Source of the DNA: Candidatus Fervidifonticultor sextus
GTDB lineage: Bacteria > Sysuimicrobiota > Sysuimicrobiia > Sysuimicrobiales > Humicultoraceae
Assembly: GCA_031459875.1 (NCBI GenBank)
Contig: JAVKHQ010000030.1
Location: forward strand, 1-33,075
Length of the DNA stretch: 33,075 nt
Direction: 5' to 3'
The position numbers and the translations under genes are program-made. Positions 26,910-33,075 of this stretch are shown here, one piece after another; within the stretch, counting starts at the first letter, position 1; the number at the start of each line of letters is the position of its first letter. Below the pieces are notes generated by a model, which had not been told where the DNA came from, did no database searches, and saw only the letters and a list, made by a program, of their open reading frames with translations.

Positions 26910-27680
26910 GTGTGGAGCGGCCTGGTCGAACTCGTCTACCCGCCGCGGTGCGTCGGCTGCGGCGAGTCCGGCGCACTGTTCTGCGCCTCCTGCCAGCGCG
27001 GCCTGGTCCCCCTGGCCCCGCCGCTGTGTGCGCGCTGCGGCGGGTCCAGGGCGTCCACCGGGCCGCCGCCCGACGCCTCATCCTGCTGCCTCGCCTGCCT
27101 CCGGCATCCTCCTGGATTCGAGGCCGCCCGATCGGTGGCGGTCTACGAGGGTCCGATCCGGGCGGCCATCCAGGCCCTGAAGTACCGCCGCCGCCGCGCG
27201 CTGGCCGAACCGCTCGGCGGCCTCCTGGCCACTCAAGGGGCCGGGGACCCCGCGCTGAGGGCGACCTGCGTCGTCCCGGTCCCGCTGCATCCCTCCCGCC
27301 TGGCGGCCAGGGGGTTTAATCAGGCCGACCTCCTGGCGAGGCCTGTGGCGGTCCGGCTGGGACTCCCGTGCGTGCCGGATGCCCTCCGACGCATCCGCCA
27401 GGAGAGTCCCCAGGCCGAGTCAGACGCCGTCTCGCGCCGGACCAACGTCCTGCGGGCGTTCGCCCCGGGGCCGGCCCGCCCCTGGGGAACCGTGCTGCTG
27501 GTAGACGATGTCTTCTCGACGGGGTCCACGGTCTCGGCGTGTGCCGACGTGCTCCTGGAGGCGGGTGCGTCCCGGGTCGTGGTCCTGACGCTGGCGCGGG
27601 CGGTGCTGCGGTGCCTGAGTCAGGCCGCCCGGGAGGGGTGCCCGCGCAAAGGCCCCCGCCCACGGGAAAGGCAAGGATGA
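26910..27680 (+). CDS. comF: ComF-family protein (double Zn ribbon plus phosphoribosyltransferase domain)
   Basis: YPPRCVGC..CASC, CARC..CLAC, LKY, PVPLH..R...RGFNQA, LLVDDVFSTGST, VLTLAR. Confidence 0.9.
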   Translation: MWSGLVELVYPPRCVGCGESGALFCASCQRGLVPLAPPLCARCGGSRASTGPPPDASSCCLACLRHPPGFEAARSVAVYEGPIRAAIQALKYRRRRALAEPLGGLLATQGAGDPALRATCVVPVPLHPSRLAARGFNQADLLARPVAVRLGLPCVPDALRRIRQESPQAESDAVSRRTNVLRAFAPGPARPWGTVLLVDDVFSTGSTVSACADVLLEAGASRVVVLTLARAVLRCLSQAAREGCPRKGPRPRERQG

Positions 27681-27751
27681 GAGACCGTTGAGAGCGCCTT
27701 CTGACACCCTCGGGGGCGACCGGGCGGCGGGGAAGACCGGGGAGGGAAGTC

Positions 27752-28489
27752 ATGGCAGCGGGGTCGCAGTCCACCCGAATGCCTCCGGGGGGGCCCGCGA
27801 GAGCAGGGCTTGTCGCCTCACTCCAGTGGCTGGTGATCGAACTTGTCATGCGCGGCGGCGTGGGCGGGGCCCTGGCTGTGGCGCTGATACATGACGAAGA
27901 GCGCCTGTTTGGAACGATCGGTCTTGTAGAGTCAATCGCGTTGTGGCTGGCGATGCTGGTGCTCGGTGCCTTTTTTCTCCGCAAGGCCCGTCGCCAGCAC
28001 CTGCAGCCTGCAGACCTGGGGTACCGGATCTCTAGGGTCGCCGTGCTCATCGGCCTGGCCTCCGGCGCGGCGATTCTGGGGCTGGTGGGCGCGGCCAGCG
28101 AGATCGACCAGCGCCTGTTCGATCAGTCGCGGGCGCTGGAGTTCCGGCGGTCGTTGTCGGAGGCTGGATTGGTGAACGCCGTCATTCTCATACCCGCCAA
28201 TGGGGTCCTAACCCCGATCGTCGAGGAATTCGCCTGGCGCGGGTACATTCAGAGGCGCCTGATCGTCGCCTGGGGCGCGCCGGGGGGGATTCTCGTCACC
28301 TCCCTGCTCTTCGCCGGAAAACATGTGGTCGTCGATCTCTGGCTGGGACGCACCGTCGTCCTGATCCTCGGCTCCCTGGCCTTGGGGGTCGTCGGCGCCC
28401 GGTGGGGCACCCTGGCATCGACCGTGGCGCACCTCAGCGCGAACCTGAGCGCCACCGTCCTGGCTCTCCGCGAGGCGGGCGTCCTGTAG
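27752..28489 (+). CDS. CPBP (Abi/CAAX protease self-immunity) family intramembrane metalloprotease
   Basis: Multi-TM protein with EEFAWRG (EExxxR), FAGKH (FxxxH) and HLSAN (HxxxN). GGGGAGGG SD. Confidence 0.88.
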   Translation: MAAGSQSTRMPPGGPARAGLVASLQWLVIELVMRGGVGGALAVALIHDEERLFGTIGLVESIALWLAMLVLGAFFLRKARRQHLQPADLGYRISRVAVLIGLASGAAILGLVGAASEIDQRLFDQSRALEFRRSLSEAGLVNAVILIPANGVLTPIVEEFAWRGYIQRRLIVAWGAPGGILVTSLLFAGKHVVVDLWLGRTVVLILGSLALGVVGARWGTLASTVAHLSANLSATVLALREAGVL

Positions 28490-28689
28490 AATCTCCCTCG
28501 CCTCATCGCCCGTCGACGGGTGGGGCACGGCTCACCGGACGTCCTGCCCACCCTCTCAAACCAGTCCACGACAGGCGACCCCCGATCGATCTCCTGCAGT
28601 GAGCCGATAGACAGGGTGAAACACATTGGCGGGTTGTGCGGGACGTTGATGCAACGGGTCCGCACGACCCCCTACCGGGAGGGAATGGC

Positions 28690-29136
28690 ATGCGAGTCAT
28701 CGGCGGGTTCCTGATCTTCACCGTCTTCGTCGCCGGGATCGCGGTCAGCGGATCCCGCGCCCAGTCGCTGCCCGGCGAGAGTCTGGCGTTCCAGCAGTGC
28801 CTGGGCGGTTCCCCGCAGACCGGGGACCGGTGCATCCGGCCGGGCATCTCTGTCAGGCTGGCTGCCGGGGAGGACATCGGCGGCGACCGGGCCGTCGATC
28901 AGGTGGGCGATACGGGCTGGGCCGGTTGGGATGGATGGGGTAGTACGGTGGGCCAGGTCGAGAACGTGTCGGACCCGGAGTTCTGGCGGGAAATTCTTGT
29001 CGCCGTGGTGACCAAAGCCCTTGAGCACCTTGCTCAGAAGGCTGTGGATTGGGGGTGGGAACGTTTTGTCGGTACGGTGTCCTCGGAAGTAGTCGAGCTC
29101 GGACAAACGCCGACAATCTTCGATCCGGTCAGGTGA
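28690..29136 (+). CDS. Secreted precursor-like protein A (148 aa), paralogue of 29256-29696
   Basis: GGAGGG SD. Signal peptide ending GSRA|Q. Shares CLGG.P.TGDRC, GEDIGGDRA.DQVGD.GWAGW.GWG, EN.SDP, W..ERF.G and T.FDP.R with the next gene. Confidence 0.8.
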   Translation: MRVIGGFLIFTVFVAGIAVSGSRAQSLPGESLAFQQCLGGSPQTGDRCIRPGISVRLAAGEDIGGDRAVDQVGDTGWAGWDGWGSTVGQVENVSDPEFWREILVAVVTKALEHLAQKAVDWGWERFVGTVSSEVVELGQTPTIFDPVR

Positions 29137-29137
29137 G

Positions 29138-29176
29138 GTGGGGCGGGGAGGGTCAGGGTTCCTTTCCCGTCCCCGC
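29138..29176 (+). other. GC-rich stem-loop immediately after precursor A
   Basis: GTGGGGCGGGGAGGG pairs (with G-U pairs and one bulge) with CCTTTCCCGTCCCCGC. No U tract. Confidence 0.55.
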
Positions 29177-29255
29177 ATCTCGAGGGGCCGTCGCGTGATG
29201 TCCGGAACGTGATGTACGTCTCATTCAAACACAACGACAAGAGGAGGGGAAGGAC

Positions 29256-29696
29256 ATGAAGGTGGCTGGCATGCTCCTTATTCTCGTTGCCCTCGTCACA
29301 GGCGTCGCGGTTCAGGGGTCTCGCGCGCAGCCGCTGCACAGCACGAGTGCGGCCTTCCGGCAGTGCCTGGGCGGCGCCCCGGAGACAGGAGACCGGTGTA
29401 CCCTGCCGTCACTACTCGCCGTCGGTGAGGACATCGGCGGCGACCGGGCCATCGACCAGGTTGGCGATTCCGGTTGGGCCGGTTGGGGTGGATGGGGCGA
29501 AGAGCAGACCCGGGCCGAGAACCTCTCGGACCCTCAGCTCTTGAACAACATGATCCCCACGACCCCGACCATGACCGGCATGTTCGAGCTCTTTGTTCGG
29601 GCCATGGAGTGGGCCCGCGAGCGGTTCTTCGGGACGGGGCTCCCGATCGAACTTGATACGCGGCCCCCCCTCACGGTGTTTGATCCAGCCAGGTGA
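29256..29696 (+). CDS. Secreted precursor-like protein B (146 aa), paralogue of 28690-29136
   Basis: GAGGAGGGG SD. Signal peptide ending GSRA|Q. Same conserved blocks as precursor A, different central segment. Confidence 0.85.
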   Translation: MKVAGMLLILVALVTGVAVQGSRAQPLHSTSAAFRQCLGGAPETGDRCTLPSLLAVGEDIGGDRAIDQVGDSGWAGWGGWGEEQTRAENLSDPQLLNNMIPTTPTMTGMFELFVRAMEWARERFFGTGLPIELDTRPPLTVFDPAR

Positions 29697-29741
29697 CGGG
29701 CCGAAGGAGGGGGCCTCGTCTGGCCCTCTCCTTTCGATCCG
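29697..29741 (+). other. GC-rich stem-loop between precursor B and the SdpA-like gene
   Basis: CGAAGGAGGGGGCC / GGCCCTCTCCTTTCG stem. No U tract. Confidence 0.6.
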
Positions 29742-29754
29742 TACGGAGGATCTC

Positions 29755-30393
29755 ATGGCTCGGATGCTAGCGCCCGCGATCACCGCTGCCCTGTTGGCGG
29801 CCTTGTGCCTGACCTACCTGGCCAACACGTTCCTCTACCTCACCCCGCCCAACCCCTTGAAGGCCGACTGGTTGCCGCTGATCACGAGGCTGGCACATCC
29901 GCTGTTCGCGCAGAACTGGCACCTGTTCGCGCCCGATCCCATCCGGTCGAACTACGTGCTGTCGGCGCGCTGCCGCACGCGAGGTCGCGTGTCGCCCTGG
30001 CAGGACCTCACCCAGCCCATGCTGGCGCGGCACCATGCGAACCGTACATCGCCTATGAGTCGAATGCTCCGCGTCCAGCAGAACGCCATTCGGCTTACGC
30101 TCGGTTTCTCATATGACGAGTGGCGGCCGCTGATCTGTCGGCGTGATCCGAATGCGCCGGTCTGCCGCGGGCAGACGCCGGTGGTCGCGCGGCAGCGCGA
30201 GATCGGCGGATATCTGCTGCGGCGCATCGCGTCGGTCTCCTGCGACGGGCTGGTGGGTCCGGGACGGACCGAGGCAGTCCAGATCGCGATCCTCATTCAC
30301 ACTCCGCCTCCGTGGTCGAGGCGGAATTCGACCGATCAGGGGACGACACGGTTGTTCTTGCTCCCCTGGGCTGGATACGAACCGGTGAGGTGA
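29755..30393 (+). CDS. SdpA-like / DUF5819-like membrane-anchored protein
   Basis: GGAGGA SD. One N-terminal TM helix, then TFLYLTPPNP..HPLFAQNWHLFAPDP, the Q.W..FAP.P motif typical of partners of HTTM proteins. Four further Cys in the soluble domain. Confidence 0.75.
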   Translation: MARMLAPAITAALLAALCLTYLANTFLYLTPPNPLKADWLPLITRLAHPLFAQNWHLFAPDPIRSNYVLSARCRTRGRVSPWQDLTQPMLARHHANRTSPMSRMLRVQQNAIRLTLGFSYDEWRPLICRRDPNAPVCRGQTPVVARQREIGGYLLRRIASVSCDGLVGPGRTEAVQIAILIHTPPPWSRRNSTDQGTTRLFLLPWAGYEPVR

Positions 30394-30425
30394 GCAGCGT
30401 GGCGAGACGCCCTGGAGGCTCCCTG

Positions 30426-31715
30426 ATGGCCAGGCTCTCGCAGGAGCACTGGCTGATCGGCGCCGCCCTGACGCGCATGCTCCTGGGGGCCTGGGCGGTC
30501 TACTACTACCTCCTGCACTATCCCGTTCGGCATTTCCTGTGGGGCCCGAAGGGGATCTGGCCGTATAAGAAGTTCGTGGAAGAACAGCCGTTCCTCTCGG
30601 TCTGGCAACTCAACGCCTCGCCCCTCTTCTTCGAGGCCGTCTATCTCTCGGGAATCCTCATCGCGTTGGCCTATACGGTGGGGCTCTGGCCCAGGGTGAT
30701 GGGAGTCCTCCACTGGGTGATGATCTGGTCGCTCCAGGAGCGCAACCAGCTCATCACCGACGGCGGCGACAACATCATGCGGATTGTGCTCCTGTTCCTC
30801 ATCCTGGTGAACACAGGAGCCTGCCTGGCGATAGGCGGCTCTCGGGGTTCCCGCCGGATGCCCGCCGTGCTCCGCGAGGTCCTGGCCGTCGCGCACAACT
30901 TCGGGATCCTGCTCGTCCTCGGCCAACTTGCCGTGCTGTACACCAGCACCGGCCTGTACAAGGCCATGGGGGAACTCTGGCAGAACGGCACCGCGCTCTA
31001 CTACATCCTGCGGGTCGACGAGTTCTCCTGGCCGGCCGGAGCGGCCTTCATCTACGGCAACCCGTACCTGGTCGTCCTCGGGACGTACGGAACCGTCCTG
31101 TTCGAGGTCCTCTTCGCCCCCTCGCTGCTCAACCGGTGGACCCGCTACGCGGTGATCGCGGCGGGCGTCGGCTTCCACGTCGGGATCGCGGTCTTCATGG
31201 GACTGGTGACCTTCGGGTGGAGCATGCTGAGTCTCTACCCGCTCTTGCTGACCGACTCGGAATACCGGGCTCTTCGGGCCTGGTTGGTCCGGCGCCTCGG
31301 GCTGATCGTCTTCTACGACGGCTGGTGCCCGCTGTGCACCCGCAGCGTCCGGTGGCTGGCCGCGCTGGACCTGCTCTCGCTGGTGCAGTTTGTGTCGCTT
31401 CGGGATCCCGGCGTCCTCGAGCGCTACGGCGTGGACGCCGGCGACGCCGCGCGGCGTATGCAGTGTGTCGGTCGGAGCGGGAAGGTCCGCGAGGGCGCGG
31501 ACACGCTCATCGCCATCGCGGTCCGGTCGCCGGTCCTGCTCCCCGTCCTTCCCCTGTTGGTGGCCGGACGGCTGATCGGCGGCCAGCGCTGCTACGACGC
31601 CGTGGCCTCGCGCCGGTTCGTCCTGGTCCCCGGCGCCTGCGAGGGGCACTGTGACGTCGCCGTGGCGGCCGAGGGGACACAGCCAGCGGGAAGGTTGGAC
31701 CGGATGCCGCGCTAG
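30426..31715 (+). CDS. HTTM-domain (SdpB-like) membrane protein fused to a DCC1/DUF393-type thiol-disulfide domain
   Basis: SLQERN..TDGGDN, Q..VLY..TGLYK..G.LWQNGTALYY, FHVGIAVFMGL..F (HTTM-type). Then IVFYDGWCPLC...YDAVASRR (DCC1-type). GGAGG SD before ATG 30426. GTG 30390 (GTGA overlap) is an alternative start. Confidence 0.82.
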   Translation: MARLSQEHWLIGAALTRMLLGAWAVYYYLLHYPVRHFLWGPKGIWPYKKFVEEQPFLSVWQLNASPLFFEAVYLSGILIALAYTVGLWPRVMGVLHWVMIWSLQERNQLITDGGDNIMRIVLLFLILVNTGACLAIGGSRGSRRMPAVLREVLAVAHNFGILLVLGQLAVLYTSTGLYKAMGELWQNGTALYYILRVDEFSWPAGAAFIYGNPYLVVLGTYGTVLFEVLFAPSLLNRWTRYAVIAAGVGFHVGIAVFMGLVTFGWSMLSLYPLLLTDSEYRALRAWLVRRLGLIVFYDGWCPLCTRSVRWLAALDLLSLVQFVSLRDPGVLERYGVDAGDAARRMQCVGRSGKVREGADTLIAIAVRSPVLLPVLPLLVAGRLIGGQRCYDAVASRRFVLVPGACEGHCDVAVAAEGTQPAGRLDRMPR

Positions 31716-31748
31716 CAGGATGCTGAAAAATGTTCTATATCTTGTGGC

Positions 31749-31777
31749 TTCACAAGATGCCACCAACCATGTATAGT
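31749..31777 (+). promoter_or_regulatory. Transposase promoter inside the IS left end
   Basis: TTCACA, 17 nt, TATAGT. The -35 is overlapped by the inverted repeat ATCTTGTG-gctt-CACAAGAT (31739-31758). Confidence 0.5.
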
Positions 31778-31826
31778 CTCGTCGAGTTCAGGCATGCATC
31801 TCACCCTTTCCACGGAGTGACAGACG

Positions 31827-32912
31827 ATGCGCGGAGACGACCTGCGGCAGGACGCCCTGTTTAGCTACCTCTCGCCCGAGGCCCGGGTCCCTCAGGATCA
31901 TCCCCTGCGTCCCATCCGCCAGCTGGTGGACCGCATCCTGGCGGCGCTGTCGCCGGAGTTTGCCCGACTCTATGCTCGGACCGGACGGCCTTCGGTGCCG
32001 CCCGAGCACCTGTTGCGCGCCTTGCTGCTGCAGGTGCTCTACACCATCCGCAGCGAGCGGCTGCTGATCGAGCAGCTGGACTACAACTTGCTGTTCCGCT
32101 GGTTCGTGGGGCTGAGCCTGGACGATCCGGTCTGGGACGCCACCACCTTCACCAAGAACCGCCAGCGACTGCTGGATGGGGAGATCGCCCAGCGGTTCTT
32201 CGAGCAGGTCCGGGCGGAGGCCGCCGCGCGAGGGCTGCTGTCGGACGAGCACTTCACGGTGGACAGCACGTTGCTGGAGGCCTGGGCCAGCCTGAAGAGC
32301 TTCCGGCGCCGGGATCAGGATCGTCCCTCCCCGCCGGACGACCCGGGCAACCCCACGGTGGACTTCCGTGGGGAACGGCGCAGCAACGCCACCCATGCCT
32401 CGACCACGGACCCCGAAGCCCGTTTGGCGCGGCGGGGCGAGGGGCGAGAAGCACACCTGGCCTACCAGGGCCACGTGCTGATGGAGAACCGCCATGGCCT
32501 GGTGGTGGCGGCATGCGTCACCCCAGCCACGGGCACCGCGGAGCGGGAGGCGGCCGTGGCGCTGGTCCAGCAGGTGGCGGGCCGAGGTCGCATCACCCTG
32601 GGGGCGGATAAGAGCTACGATACGGCGGCGTTCGCGGCGGCTCTCCGCCGGCTGGAAGTCACCCCGCATGTCGCCCAGCAGACCCGAGGACGAACCAGCG
32701 CGATCGACGCCCGGACCACACGCCACCCCGGCTATGCCGTCAGTCAGCAGAGACGCCACCGGGTGGAAGAGATCTTCGGCTGGCTGAAGACGGTGGGACT
32801 GCTCCGCAAGGTCCGGCACCGCGGGAGAGCTAAGGTCCACTGGCTCTTCGTCTTCGCCGCCGCGATCTACAATCTGGTCCGCATGCGCAACCTCGCCGAG
32901 GTGGCCGCATGA
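31827..32912 (+). CDS. IS5-family DDE transposase (DUF772-type N-terminus)
   Basis: VPQDHPLRPI, YARTGRPSVPPE.LLRALLLQ.LY.IRSER...LLFRWF. Catalytic candidates VDST, ADKSYD, VEEIFG. ORF is intact, 361 aa. Confidence 0.92.
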   Translation: MRGDDLRQDALFSYLSPEARVPQDHPLRPIRQLVDRILAALSPEFARLYARTGRPSVPPEHLLRALLLQVLYTIRSERLLIEQLDYNLLFRWFVGLSLDDPVWDATTFTKNRQRLLDGEIAQRFFEQVRAEAAARGLLSDEHFTVDSTLLEAWASLKSFRRRDQDRPSPPDDPGNPTVDFRGERRSNATHASTTDPEARLARRGEGREAHLAYQGHVLMENRHGLVVAACVTPATGTAEREAAVALVQQVAGRGRITLGADKSYDTAAFAAALRRLEVTPHVAQQTRGRTSAIDARTTRHPGYAVSQQRRHRVEEIFGWLKTVGLLRKVRHRGRAKVHWLFVFAAAIYNLVRMRNLAEVAA

Positions 32913-33075
32913 GGCGGACCCCGAAGGGAACAGACGGTCAGGAACTGCAGACCACCCCGCAGAGATCGAGGAGCAACCCCGGTCGGCGAGGCATGACCCC
33001 ACCGCGGAGATAACCGAGGAGGCTGGGATGGCAGCAAGCTCGTGCATCAACATGCGTTCTTCAGCATCCTGCTAG

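Larger units (their letters stand above)
31716..33071 (+). mobile_element. Complete insertion sequence, IS5-family type (1356 bp)
   Basis: Terminal inverted repeats CAGGATGCTGAAAAATG (left) and CAGGATGCTGAAGAACG (reverse complement of right). CTAG duplicated at 31712-31715 and 33072-33075. Single DDE transposase. Confidence 0.92.

Noticed and set aside
27606..27680. C-terminal extension of ComF as a scar of island integration
   Set aside because: No direct repeat or displaced comF 3' end was found in the window, and low-complexity tails also occur on folC, lysS and dnaG here.
29183..29208. SigH-like motif AGGG-N18-GAAC before precursor B
   Set aside because: Both boxes deviate from consensus and there is no equivalent before precursor A.
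1..33075. CRISPR array, rRNA, prophage or retroelement
   Set aside because: No regularly spaced repeats, rRNA-like sequence, phage genes or reverse transcriptase motifs were seen.

Overview
GC-rich (roughly 70% by eye) bacterial chromosomal segment. Positions 1-12.4 kb keep a Bacillota-like housekeeping order: greA (partial), clpC, radA, an antisense conserved hypothetical gene, PIN/TRAM (yacL-like), fused ispDF, a small hypothetical gene, cysS, rlmB, a VanW-family gene and sigH. Positions 12.4-16 kb are rearranged: a Zn-ribbon ORF, a RidA remnant, moaA, a Tat-exported cyclase, tRNA-Thr, a DUF2628-like gene, tRNA-Tyr and tRNA-Gly. Positions 16-27.7 kb carry hup, folC, class I lysyl-tRNA synthetase, a D-2-hydroxyacid dehydrogenase, an EF-G2-type GTPase, dnaG-rpoD, ahcY and comF. 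The last 5.3 kb is accessory and is the best candidate for an undescribed system: a CPBP protease, two paralogous secreted precursors with a conserved scaffold and a divergent central core, an SdpA/DUF5819-like gene and an HTTM (SdpB-like) gene fused to a DCC1-type CxxC domain. This is probably a ribosomal peptide/toxin maturation cluster. A complete IS5-family element sits in the CTAG containing the last gene's stop codon. Other oddities: a CysRS whose KMSKS loop reads EMHRH, and SigH-type promoter motifs before clpC and hup and inside dnaG. Family names come from motif recognition, not from database searches.
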